The notes beneath the pieces were generated by a model that was given only the letters and a program-made list of their open reading frames with translations, was not told the DNA's origin and ran no database searches. The position numbers were made by a program, and so were the translations under genes. From Andalucia godoyi And28 (lineage: Eukaryota; Protista; Jakobida), in assembly GCA_009859145.1 (NCBI GenBank), contig VRVR01000054.1:144497-208496 (forward strand): DNA of 64,000 bases. The letters are read 5' to 3'. Shown here piece after piece: positions 10,144 to 20,357 of this stretch. Each line of letters starts with the position of its first letter. Within the stretch, counting starts at the first letter, position 1.

Positions 10144-11223
10144 CTAGGCTTGCTGCGGACATACTTTCTGGGCATAGGCGCATAGATGCAAGAGCTGGAG
10201 CGTCTCGTCTGCGCCATCGGCCATTGCCTTTTCGGCCTGTGCGGCAACAATGCAGGTTCTTGCGAGAGCAAGGTCTCCAAGCGCCGACTTCTCCGAGTTG
10301 GAGCTGGAGCTGGAGCTGGAGCTGGAGCTGGAGTTGGAAACGAGGTGGGCGACAAGCTGCCGTAGAACCTGGGCGCCAGAATACCCGTCGTACGACAGCG
10401 CCTCGACACGCTGCTCCATTTCTGCAAACTGCCGGGAGCTGCCGAGCGTCGCGGCCAGTTCGCGGACTCTGGCGGCGGGCACTGCGCCGGAAGCCTGCCG
10501 CACGTCGTCGAGCGAGACTTGCGCCGCGGAGGGGCTGACTACAGCAGCTGCCTGAGTACTGGAAGTGGAAGTGGCGACGGCGAGAGAGAGCTGGGAAGTG
10601 GCTTGGAGAAGTGTGATGGCGCGTCGGAGGTCTCCTGCAGCCATGGACGCAAGCTCGGCGCGTGCGTCCGGTGCAATGCGGATGTTTTCGCGTTCGGCAA
10701 TCAGGAGGATGCGGTCATCGAGGGCGTCGAGTGGGAGCGGCTTGAAGCGGAATTTCGCGCAGCGCGATGCGATCGGGTCGATGATTTTTGACACGTAGTT
10801 GCACAGCAGGCAGAATCGCGTGACGCGTGCGTACTCTTCCATGGTGCGACGCAGGGCGGCCTGAGCATCCGTCGTCATATTGTCCGCCTCGTCTAGTATC
10901 AATAATTTGTATGGCGGCAATGAGCCACTGCCGCTTGAGACTGCACCCTGAGCGAACGTCTTGATCTTGGTGCGCACGACCTGGATTCCGCGCTCATCGG
11001 ACGCATTCAGCTCCAACACACGCTCTCTGTACGACGTGCCAAACAGATCGCGGGCCGCTGCGTGAACCACAGACGTTTTCCCTGTTCCTGGAGGCCCGTA
11101 GAAGAGCAAATGAGGCAAATTCTGCGACGAGATCGCACGGCTCAGCGCACTCACGACCTCCGGCTGGTGCACGACTTCAGAAAGCGTCTTTGGTCGATAT
11201 TTTTCAATCCACGGAAGCGACAT
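10144..11223 (-). CDS. RFC4: Replication factor C small subunit (human RFC4/yeast Rfc2 type)
   Basis: MSLPWIEKYRPK, LPHLLFYGPPGTGKTS, LELNASDERGIQVVR, YKLLILDEADNMTTDAQAALRRTME, SRCAKFRFKPL. Confidence 0.93.
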   Translation of the reverse strand: MSLPWIEKYRPKTLSEVVHQPEVVSALSRAISSQNLPHLLFYGPPGTGKTSVVHAAARDLFGTSYRERVLELNASDERGIQVVRTKIKTFAQGAVSSGSGSLPPYKLLILDEADNMTTDAQAALRRTMEEYARVTRFCLLCNYVSKIIDPIASRCAKFRFKPLPLDALDDRILLIAERENIRIAPDARAELASMAAGDLRRAITLLQATSQLSLAVATSTSSTQAAAVVSPSAAQVSLDDVRQASGAVPAARVRELAATLGSSRQFAEMEQRVEALSYDGYSGAQVLRQLVAHLVSNSSSSSSSSSSSNSEKSALGDLALARTCIVAAQAEKAMADGADETLQLLHLCAYAQKVCPQQA

Positions 11224-11391
11224 TCGTTCTCGGTTTTTGTGTTGGTTCGCTTGCTTATCCTTTCTTCTTCTCGTATTTTTCTTTCTCTTTTGGTAGTTTC
11301 TTAAAATAAAATAAAAATCTGTTTTTATTAAATATTGTATTTCTTTCATGAATTGTGTTTTGAGGCTTTTGCGCCAAGATGACGGAAAGCA

Positions 11392-11401
11392 GCGCGGGAA
11401 A
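11392..11401 (-). promoter_or_regulatory. Candidate E2F binding site TTTCCCGCGC upstream of RFC4
   Basis: Exact TTTSSCGC consensus about 170 bp upstream of the RFC4 ATG, on the RFC4 strand. A second E2F-like TTGGCGC lies at ~11371-11377. Confidence 0.5.
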
Positions 11402-11643
11402 AAAAAAGATGACTACGACAGGCGAGGCTGAGAGCTGCGTTCTTTGATTTTGTGTGATTCTCGAATCTGAGGCGTTTTCATTCTCTCTCTCTTTTGATTG
11501 TTGTTGTTATTATTATTAATTCTTTTTCAGAAAAAAAAAAAGTTTAAAATTATCTTCTTGTTGTTTGTTTATTTTGAAATTTAAAAGAAAGAGGTGCGGC
11601 GGGCGGCTTCGGGAAGAGGAGAAGCGACGGCTGTGGGGGAAAA

Positions 11644-14448
11644 ATGGAAGCTGGTGAAGAAGAGCAGCATCCGCAAAGGTCCAGGGATGCTGATGATGGT
11701 CATAGAGAAGATGATGGTGATGATGATGGTGATGGACATAGTGAAGATGGAGGACAAGGAGAAGGCGAGTTTGAAATCAAGGATTTTTCGAATGCATCGA
11801 TGTTGGAGCGATTGTCGTCGAGATTGGCGACCTTGATACCGATTGTACTTGGAGATAAGAATACGGTGCATGATCTCGAGTTTGATGGAAAGTCGTTTTC
11901 GCTCGAGTATTGCTGCTTGGAGGGATGCAGTGGGTTTGAATGCACGCCCTTGGTCTATGGAGACCCGCGGGAAGATGCAGTGTTTGACACACATGGGGAG
12001 TTTTCACTGCGCATTCTCGGTCTTTTGCACGCGCTCATCTTCCGAATCGACGAAAATCGCATCGATGGTCAGTACGGAAGCGTATCCGTGCTGTGCAATT
12101 CCATCCGATCGGCGCTGCTCGTAGCCCTGCATCATGATGTTCGTCATAGTCATGGCCGAAATGTGGCAAAAGGAAGGGTAGTAGGATGTCATGCTGCGGT
12201 TCCGGTCTTGGTGCTCGTTGGTCAGGCCTTCGGTCTCGGGTTCGATCCAACAACAAGACTCGACTTTTGCATCCATATCAAACCGCGGAACCTTAATTTG
12301 CAGACGTTTCCGAAACCGGGTCTTTCGCGACGACGCACGGAAACCTCCGTATCACTCTCTCGGCTGCTTTCAGTATATCCATCTATGGATGCCGCTTCAA
12401 GACCCGCAAAACAAGGACAACCCGGGCAGCAGCACATGCCATGGGTGCATGTGTTGGAAGAATATCTGGGCGCAGATGGACTGTTTGGGACGTATACAGA
12501 CCCGGTTTCGGCGTTTGTGTTTGGAGTCGAGACGGAAAATGACACACCAAAACACTACGACATGCGCGTCGTGTTGCAGCCGTGTGACTTTGGCATTTCG
12601 GCGCAGATACAGAGGTTTGTCGATTTTCTGGCTCTGTGTGAGCGCATCGAGACTGCACATGCGCCGTCGGCTGCTTCCGACATTGGCGTCAAAGATCGGA
12701 GCGCATCCTCCTCCTCCGCTTCATCTCCATCTGCGTCTTCGCCATCAGCAGCAGCATCGTCATATTTGGATTTTGCGGCTGGATTGTTTGAATTGGATGT
12801 TTCAGCGCTGCGAGAAGCAAAGGAGGCGATCGAGAGCGTCTTTTCGGCGTCGTCGGCGACACTTGAGAACTCGGCGAAAACAGAAAATGACGAGGCTCGC
12901 GAAAAGGACCAGTTTTTGTTGCTCGATACTACGTCGCGGAGGCTGTTGGTTCGGGTCGCAGAGTGTGAAACAATTGGGCAGTTTCGGGCATTTTGGCTCG
13001 AGTTCGTGCGGCGGTTGCGCTGGTTTTGGGAGTCTGGAACGCCGATTCCGGGAGTTGCGGTGCCGCTTGACCATGCTGCAGAGGACCGAGGGAGCGCGCT
13101 GAAGTCCCCTACAACGCCTACTTCGCCGACGTTTTCTCTGCGCAGAGGTGTTCGAGAAGGTCTTGTGCGCAATGCAGTCGAGCGGAAGATTCAGCTGTTG
13201 CAGTACTGCATTGTGCAGCAGTCAATGAATCCTCCCAGCGCAACGCAAAACACGGCTGCTGCGGCGCACTCGGAAGTCCCAGTGGTCGAAGGATGGGAAA
13301 TGGACATTGTAATGGACGATGCGCCAAGTCAGCAATCGCAGCAGCAGCCTGCTGGTCTCGCGAAGGTGGTCACTGACAGGCCACCCGAGCCTACACATTC
13401 TTCACAAACAAACACGGAAAGAGGTGGCGCAAAAGAACGGGATGGCGACGAAGATGAAGACGAGGACGAATTCTTTGATGCTCATGAAGCAGAGGAGTCT
13501 GCGGTTCCGCAGATTGCATCACCAGTGTTGATCCCCGACGATCCGTATCGTGCACGGCGTGAAGGAGCGTTGCATCCACTGTTGCGCCGGAACAAGCCTT
13601 TTTATTCCTTTGCGGTACCAGACATGCCTCTGTATGTCCCGGAAACGCTGAAGCCGCCTCCTGATTTTGTTCTACTGGACGTGCATGGAGTGCAGGATTT
13701 GTCCGGAGTTCGCATATTGAAGTCTGACATGTCCAGCTTCAAAGCTGCGAATCCCGGATGTGATATGCGCGACTTTCTGCGCTGGCACTCTCCCAAGGAC
13801 ATTCGCGACGATGGATCCTATTCCGAGCGCTTCCAAAAGACATCGCATACTGGAGATTCGATGTGGGAAAATGCATGGGACCATTCGCTGCCCAAGCCTG
13901 CATCCGAGCAGCCGCCATTGCTGAACCTGGTTCGTGAGGCCGAGCTTGTGCTGAACGAACTCGAGGTCATGTCCCTACGCGAAGTACTCGTTACGATTCT
14001 ACCCATTGCATCTGCGCTGGGAATTCATCTAGCGCTGAAATCTCGCGTGTGCGAATCGTTCCACGTCGAGAAACATCTGCTGGACATAGGCCAACGGTCT
14101 GTGCATGCATGGGAAGCATCCGAGACCGCAGACGAGTTTGCAGCGTCCGGGCTCGTGCATGGCATCCAATCTGCCGAGTATGCGGCTGCAGCAGTCGCGT
14201 CTTTGCTCTCCAAGTTTTCGCATTGCACGCGCGACTTGGCGGACATTGACCGCATTCTGGACTATTCCTTCCGCGACCCAGCCCAGCGCATCCCTGTCTC
14301 GGAGCACCATCTCGAAGGCTGGCATGTCAGCGAAACACCCCCTACCAGCGTCGAACACTTGCTCGTTTGGGAAAAACCTTTCCGCAGATTGTACATTGGA
14401 GCCGACCTCTTTGCCCAGTCTTGCTCTCCCTTCCTGCCCAAGCCATGA
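11644..14448 (+). CDS. RAB3GAP1: Rab3 GTPase-activating protein catalytic subunit
   Basis: 934 aa. C-terminal ILKSDMSSFKAANPGCDMRDFLRWHSPKD...SERF...WENAW...PASEQPPL is the Rab3GAP catalytic signature. N-terminal EFEIKDFSNASMLERL also fits. Confidence 0.9.
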   Translation: MEAGEEEQHPQRSRDADDGHREDDGDDDGDGHSEDGGQGEGEFEIKDFSNASMLERLSSRLATLIPIVLGDKNTVHDLEFDGKSFSLEYCCLEGCSGFECTPLVYGDPREDAVFDTHGEFSLRILGLLHALIFRIDENRIDGQYGSVSVLCNSIRSALLVALHHDVRHSHGRNVAKGRVVGCHAAVPVLVLVGQAFGLGFDPTTRLDFCIHIKPRNLNLQTFPKPGLSRRRTETSVSLSRLLSVYPSMDAASRPAKQGQPGQQHMPWVHVLEEYLGADGLFGTYTDPVSAFVFGVETENDTPKHYDMRVVLQPCDFGISAQIQRFVDFLALCERIETAHAPSAASDIGVKDRSASSSSASSPSASSPSAAASSYLDFAAGLFELDVSALREAKEAIESVFSASSATLENSAKTENDEAREKDQFLLLDTTSRRLLVRVAECETIGQFRAFWLEFVRRLRWFWESGTPIPGVAVPLDHAAEDRGSALKSPTTPTSPTFSLRRGVREGLVRNAVERKIQLLQYCIVQQSMNPPSATQNTAAAAHSEVPVVEGWEMDIVMDDAPSQQSQQQPAGLAKVVTDRPPEPTHSSQTNTERGGAKERDGDEDEDEDEFFDAHEAEESAVPQIASPVLIPDDPYRARREGALHPLLRRNKPFYSFAVPDMPLYVPETLKPPPDFVLLDVHGVQDLSGVRILKSDMSSFKAANPGCDMRDFLRWHSPKDIRDDGSYSERFQKTSHTGDSMWENAWDHSLPKPASEQPPLLNLVREAELVLNELEVMSLREVLVTILPIASALGIHLALKSRVCESFHVEKHLLDIGQRSVHAWEASETADEFAASGLVHGIQSAEYAAAAVASLLSKFSHCTRDLADIDRILDYSFRDPAQRIPVSEHHLEGWHVSETPPTSVEHLLVWEKPFRRLYIGADLFAQSCSPFLPKP

Positions 14449-15104
14449 CAATCGGACACTCATCTCTATCCTTTTTCTGTTATACGCCCTCTCTAACCCA
14501 CTGTTAAAACAAAAACAAATTAATAAAGCCTTTTATTTCACGCCTACATTGTACACGAACCACGGATAATCATCGCTGATCACCCATAATCAATGCTGCA
14601 ACCCAACAACATGCATAATGCAACGCGGCGGCGTGTTTATAGGGATTCCATGATCAAAAATGGGAGGCGAAACGAATCGGGCATCGTGTGACGGAGTTGC
14701 CAAGATAACAGACGCATGCGCATGGCGCGTGGCAAAGTGGTTCTGTTTACGTGCGCTGTAAATTGCTTTATCATTTCGCAATAGGTGGCAACTGCACTCG
14801 ATTGGTCATGAACTGCTGGGCTGCTGACCGCTGCTCCCTTGCTTGGCCTTTCCCTTACTTTTCGTTTTGTTTTTAGTTTTCCTTCTTTGCACTTATAATT
14901 GTTATTGTTATTGTTATTGTTATTGTTTACAGTGTATACGAAGCGGTGCGTTTTTTGTGGCTTTCCCCGTGGTTATTTATCGGTTTTGCTGATATAGCTG
15001 ATATAGCTGATCTGGCTGATATAGAGTAAGTGAGTGGGTGAGTGCGCTGCGAAAAAAAAAAGAAAAAAAGAAAAAAGGATAACATCATCAGCATTATTGA
15101 TAAC

Positions 15105-16961
15105 ATGTCGTCTGGTGCTTGTGAGTGGATGAGGATCCGGACGCGTGACGGGACAGAGTACTACTTTAATACAGTGACAACGCTTACGACGTGGGATCCT
15201 CCAGAGCCCGACGCCGATACTGCAGAAGGGTGGATCCTTGCGTTTGACCAATCTGGGAAATCATACTATTTCAACCCGACGACGAAAGCCACACAGTGGG
15301 AAAAGCCGGTGAAGAAGGGCACACTTGCGGAAGACGCCGAGCAGGACGATGGACACATAGAGTTTGTGAATGGGATGCATAAAGGAGTGGTGCAGACATC
15401 GCCAAAGGCTGCACCGCCGGTTGCGTCGAGAAAAGACATCAATGCAGACGTCGGGTCATCCTCGGAAGATGACGATGATATGGTGGCCAAGTCCTCGTCG
15501 AGTTCTGGCGGGGCGTCCTTGTCGAGTTCGGGTCATCATACAGCGTCGTCGTCCAATCCATCGACTCCAACTGCTTCTGCAAGCAAAGACAAGGCTTCGG
15601 AAAAGAAGAAGAAGACTGCCGCTGGCAGAAAAGGAAAAGCATTTGTGACGCTCGAAATGGAACGTGCTGTCGATCCTCTTCCTTCTTCGAAGGATGCCAA
15701 GGAGGGAAAGGAGGGCAAACATGCAAAGGACTCGGAAAAGAAAAAAGGGTTCTTTGGCGGGCTGTTCAGTCGCACAAAGACTGCATCGTCGTCGACGCTG
15801 TCGGCAGGCGGAAAGGTGTCCGCTCGGGCGTACGATGCTTGGAGGTTCCACAAACACGTTGCCACAAAGACGGTTCTGGACATCCCAATGGAAAATCTGT
15901 CATGGTTCGGTTCTGTGCCAGAAGCAGTGTACGTGTATTGCGGAGACCGCCAGCCGTCGAAGAACCTGGCGAGTGCATTCACCACGCAGAATAAGGCGTA
16001 CGCTCCGGATCTGATCAAGGCGATCTTCCAGGGAATTCTGAAGTATCAGATCGAGCAGCCGGGGCTAAAGAACGAGATCTACATCCATATCATGCGGCAC
16101 TTGAACGGCAATCCTCGGCCGGAGTCCGCCAGGGCGGCGTTGGATTTGCTGAATGTGGCAATGCATTTGCTGTTGCCACAAGAAGATTTTGTCGCTGCTC
16201 TGGCATCGTTTCTCGTCGAATTGCAAAAGCCAGAGAATAACGTGCATGAATTGCCCATCGAGATCATCTCGTATCTGATGGATCGCATCCGAATGCTGCA
16301 GTCACTGTCGAAGTTCCACCGATCCTGCAGCCCAGATCTCAACGAACTGGACTTCATCAAGAAACTGCCCGCAGTGAATCCGGTGTTCAATGTCACCGTG
16401 CACGAATACATGCTTTGGCAGAAGGAAAGAAACATCCAGGGAGATCTTCCGGTTATTTTAACAACATGTGCTGGTCTGATTGAATCTCTCGGTGGCTTCC
16501 GAACACAAGGAGTCTTCCGCCTGCCAGGCAACCAGGAAGCAGTCTCCGCGATTTGCAACCAGTTTATCGAGAGCGGGAGCCTGGAGTTGCTGAACAACTG
16601 CAAGGATCTACATGTGGTCTGTTCTACATTTAAACTCTGGTTGCGATCTCTCGCCGAGCCAATCATCCCGGTCGACTTGTACCAAGTTTGCGTCCAAAAG
16701 TCAAAGGATCCGCAAGCTTGCATTGCTCTCGTACAGTCAATTGATCCAACGTCGCTCACAATTCTGAAATGGGTCATTTCGTTCGTTTCTCGATTTTGCG
16801 TCGAGAGCGTTGTCAAGTTGACAAGCATGTCCACCGAGAATCTCGCAATCGTCTTTTGCCCAAATTTGCTGCGCGATCCCATGGCTCGTCCAGACACGAT
16901 TCTCCAAAATTCGTTTGCGGAACGTGCATTCGTCACCAATTTGCTGCGAAGCTGGAGATGA
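15105..16961 (+). CDS. WW-WW-MyTH4-like-RhoGAP protein (ARHGAP39/Vilse-like)
   Basis: Two WW domains (W..YYFN..T.WDPP; W..YYFN..TQWEKP), a MyTH4-like segment (LKNEIYIHIMRHLNGNP) and a RhoGAP domain (QGVFRLPG, KLWLRSLAEP, MSTENLAIVFCPNL). First ATG at 15105. Confidence 0.85.
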   Translation: MSSGACEWMRIRTRDGTEYYFNTVTTLTTWDPPEPDADTAEGWILAFDQSGKSYYFNPTTKATQWEKPVKKGTLAEDAEQDDGHIEFVNGMHKGVVQTSPKAAPPVASRKDINADVGSSSEDDDDMVAKSSSSSGGASLSSSGHHTASSSNPSTPTASASKDKASEKKKKTAAGRKGKAFVTLEMERAVDPLPSSKDAKEGKEGKHAKDSEKKKGFFGGLFSRTKTASSSTLSAGGKVSARAYDAWRFHKHVATKTVLDIPMENLSWFGSVPEAVYVYCGDRQPSKNLASAFTTQNKAYAPDLIKAIFQGILKYQIEQPGLKNEIYIHIMRHLNGNPRPESARAALDLLNVAMHLLLPQEDFVAALASFLVELQKPENNVHELPIEIISYLMDRIRMLQSLSKFHRSCSPDLNELDFIKKLPAVNPVFNVTVHEYMLWQKERNIQGDLPVILTTCAGLIESLGGFRTQGVFRLPGNQEAVSAICNQFIESGSLELLNNCKDLHVVCSTFKLWLRSLAEPIIPVDLYQVCVQKSKDPQACIALVQSIDPTSLTILKWVISFVSRFCVESVVKLTSMSTENLAIVFCPNLLRDPMARPDTILQNSFAERAFVTNLLRSWR

Positions 16962-17224
16962 AGTCGGAGTCGACATTGGGGTTTTGTTCTTTCCCATTTT
17001 CTTCAGTCTTTGTGGACAGATTGAAATTATTATTATTATTATTTGTTGTTTGTTGTTGTTGTTTTCTTTTTGTTTGAAACGCAAAGAAGGAGAAAACGAT
17101 TCAACCACCGGAATTGTTTCACACCCAAAATTTCTTGATGACAAAGGGGACCAAACGTTCTTTCTTCCCCTCCCTCCCCGCGTGACACTGTCTTTTCCAC
17201 GGCGGAGGCGATGTATCCTTATCC

Positions 17225-19189
17225 TTATCCCCATGTGGGAGAACTGACCAGAAACAACGAGTTTTCGCGATTCTTGATGAACTTGGTAACAGCCTTGGCG
17301 ATATTCGTCACAGCAGTCTTGTTCACGAGACCGTCAACGAGCAAGCAAAGCGCGAACTGCTTCGTAAGGACAACGTAGACTGCTTCTGCACCGCCGTCCA
17401 ATCGCATGTAGAAACAGGGCTTTGACGACGTGGTCCCGCGGAGGTTTTCAAGAGCCTGTAAATACAAGTTGATAATTCTCTTTTGCTCCGGCTTAGTGTC
17501 GTATGGACGTTCAAATGCTGGGTACGCAACTTGCGCGGTAAGCAGAGACTTGTAGCAGAAGTGAAGGAGGGAGTGCATTGGGATTGACGGAACAACGGAC
17601 GCAGAGAATCCGCTGATGGTGCAAGCATGCATGATCGAGCTGATGAGTGCTCCGTTGTTCTCGTGAAACCGCTGAACAATTCGCTCGCGACCGGCAGACA
17701 GACCATTCAAGTCTTCTGGAGAAGGCGAGATTATGGCAAGATACAACTTCTCATTCAAGAATGAAATGTACGCATAAACGAACTTGGTCTCGTCAATCCG
17801 CGGCAAACAGATGGGTGTCCATGTCTCGGATTGGTGCATGGAGGATGCATTTGCAGTAATGAAGTTGGTCAACAGCGCAAGATCCATGGGATCGACAACG
17901 CGATTCTTACGTCGAACAATCTGGATGACCTCGTGACCAAACATCAGCATTGCGAAAAACGTGTATTGCGTCTGCGCATCCTTTTCCAGAACGTCGCCCA
18001 CTCGCGTTCGAAGCTGTCTGGGCATATCGACGCATTTCACGCCACCAAGAGCAAGCGCGAGGTTGGAGCCCGTCCAAGACGCCAACTGATGAAACACAAT
18101 TTCTGTGCCGCCCAAAAGGGATCGCAAATCATACGAGGGATTCTTGATAAGAGTCCCCGAAGCGCCTTTCAAAGTCAATATGAACACAATTTGCCTGTAA
18201 TACAAATCGAGATGCGTTCGAAGCGTCAATACGCTTTCTCTTCCGCGCGACACGCAACACAAATAAATGGGCCCACGAATCAAAAATACAATCTTGTGGT
18301 TTCCGGCTTGGACAGACACCAAATGATCGTGGTCCTTTCCATTCGCCACGAATGAAATTAGTGCTTGGACGACTCCAAAGAACGCCGTCAATTTCGAATC
18401 ATCGCCGTATCTTGTGAAAATCGGTTTTCCTGCTGCAGAAAGAACAAACACGTGTTTCTTTCGTTTCTGAAACAACGGATCAAATGTCCCTCCTTCCATC
18501 TCTGCAGCCGCCGCCGCCGCTTCTTCAGCAACGCTTTCTGCTTCTTCAGCATGTCTCTGTTTCTCTGCAGCTTCCGCCTCCTGTCCGTCGGAACGAAGAG
18601 CACCAACACCCCCCGTTTCACGGTCTTTTGCACGGCTCCTATCGAGAACATCATCGCCATGAGCCATTTCGACGACTCCATTCTCGTCAATAACCATCCT
18701 TGTGAGCCTTCCATCCGTCCCAGAGCCAACACTGCTCCTGGAACTGCTTCTGCTGCCTCGGTTCTTCGTTTCGCTATTCAGCACTGAACTCCACTTCAAG
18801 TTTAGCCGAGATGAAGACGCCGATGCATTCTCGGAAGAAACAGATCCACCACCACCACCTCGCCTCTCACGCTCTCCAAGCACGTCTGCGCCGTGGATGT
18901 GATCCATGTCTTTTGGAAACCCTCCTGCCTCCTCCTCTGCCTCCTCCTCTGCATCACCAGCACCATCCGCACCATCCGCACCATCCGCACCAGCAATCCG
19001 GCTATCAGCGACATGGTCATCGTGCATGAGATCCTCTGCAATCGGAATCGGACTTGGCTGATGCTCTCCCCAAAACGAAGACGCCCGTCCAATGCGAAAC
19101 GGAGTCTCCGGATGGGCCGCAGAACTTCCCAAGACTTGCGCGTCGGCATCCACATCCACCCGATCCGTCTCTTCTTCTGAATCGCTCAT
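17225..19189 (-). CDS. MON1: Vacuolar fusion protein Mon1/SAND (Rab7 GEF subunit)
   Basis: KRKKHVFVLSAAGKPIFTRYGD, YDLRSLLGGT, SETWTPICLPR, LLHFCYKS, after an acidic disordered N-terminus. Confidence 0.93.
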   Translation of the reverse strand: MSDSEEETDRVDVDADAQVLGSSAAHPETPFRIGRASSFWGEHQPSPIPIAEDLMHDDHVADSRIAGADGADGADGAGDAEEEAEEEAGGFPKDMDHIHGADVLGERERRGGGGGSVSSENASASSSRLNLKWSSVLNSETKNRGSRSSSRSSVGSGTDGRLTRMVIDENGVVEMAHGDDVLDRSRAKDRETGGVGALRSDGQEAEAAEKQRHAEEAESVAEEAAAAAAEMEGGTFDPLFQKRKKHVFVLSAAGKPIFTRYGDDSKLTAFFGVVQALISFVANGKDHDHLVSVQAGNHKIVFLIRGPIYLCCVSRGRESVLTLRTHLDLYYRQIVFILTLKGASGTLIKNPSYDLRSLLGGTEIVFHQLASWTGSNLALALGGVKCVDMPRQLRTRVGDVLEKDAQTQYTFFAMLMFGHEVIQIVRRKNRVVDPMDLALLTNFITANASSMHQSETWTPICLPRIDETKFVYAYISFLNEKLYLAIISPSPEDLNGLSAGRERIVQRFHENNGALISSIMHACTISGFSASVVPSIPMHSLLHFCYKSLLTAQVAYPAFERPYDTKPEQKRIINLYLQALENLRGTTSSKPCFYMRLDGGAEAVYVVLTKQFALCLLVDGLVNKTAVTNIAKAVTKFIKNRENSLFLVSSPTWG

Positions 19190-19246
19190 GACCTTCCTTC
19201 CCTTTGAATTTCACCTGGCTTCACAACTCGATGCACCACCACCACC

Positions 19247-19307
<61 letters not shown>

Positions 19308-19612
19308 ATAACAACAATGTATCTATCTATTTCTCTATATATATATGACCTCGCCAAAATACAACAGAAATAATAGATTTATACAATCAAAGATGAATAT
19401 GAGAATGAACGGAGACACAAACATCACTCTTTTTTTTTGCTTTTGCATTTTTCAAACTAATGCCTGTTAGATATCGAACTCTGTCGACACGCATTATGTT
19501 TTTTTTTTACAGTCAGCACGAAGAAGCAGATTTTCCCGCTCATTTCCCCCCTTTTTTTGTGTTTTGTTTTTTCCCCAGTAGACCGGATGACTCGCAACGA
19601 CGGGGTCGGACG

Positions 19613-20113
19613 ATGAGCAGCAGCAATGTAATTGGTAGAGAACACAGAGAGGGAGAGGGAGAGGGAGAGGATGGGTTGTTTCTTGATGATGATGCAGATG
19701 ACAAGAATGAAGAATACATGCGTCGGCAACGGCAAAAGTACCGCGGTTTTGATATGGAAGAGAATGACCGCATGCAGCGGGGGGTGGAGGACAGAAGTTT
19801 CAAGAGCGATGCGATTCTTTGCTGTCCAGCGTGCTTTGCTACGGTTTGCATCGACTGCCAACGACATGAATTCCAGAAACATCGCTACCGAGCAATGTTT
19901 GTGCAGAACTGCACGGTTCGATCCGATCTGTTCATCAGCACAGTCGAGTTCGACGGCGAGGAGGATGATGCTGATGCTGATGCTGATGGTGCGGCAGGTC
20001 AAATGAAAGGGCAGCTGCATCCAGTTGAGTGTTCAGAGTGCGGTACGACAATCGGAGTGTATGATCATCATCAGGTGTATCACTTCATCGACGTACTGCC
20101 TTCGGAAGCGTGA
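19613..20113 (+). CDS. EAPP: E2F-associated phosphoprotein (EAPP)-like protein
   Basis: SDAILCCPACFATVCIDCQRHE...YRAMFVQNC...HPVECSECGTTIGVYD...YHF. The 5' end is uncertain and an upstream exon is possible. Confidence 0.88.
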   Translation: MSSSNVIGREHREGEGEGEDGLFLDDDADDKNEEYMRRQRQKYRGFDMEENDRMQRGVEDRSFKSDAILCCPACFATVCIDCQRHEFQKHRYRAMFVQNCTVRSDLFISTVEFDGEEDDADADADGAAGQMKGQLHPVECSECGTTIGVYDHHQVYHFIDVLPSEA

Positions 20114-20357
20114 TTGAGCGAACGGTCGGATGAGTGAGTGGATGTACATAGGAGTGGGAGGACGAGCTCGCCGTGTTTGAACAGTCACAGCTAAAACAAA
20201 ATGAAAGAGAGGGAGAGAGAGAGAGAGAGAAAGAGAAGTGTCAACAGGACACCATGAACGCACACAGATACAGCAACAGCAAAACAAAACAAAAAATAAT
20301 ATAATAATAATAATAATAATAATAATAAAATACAATTATATACTGATATACAATACA

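Noticed and set aside
14713-14722. CGCATGCGCA, NRF1-like palindrome upstream of the RhoGAP gene
   Set aside because: Single imperfect match with no second occurrence noticed to support it.
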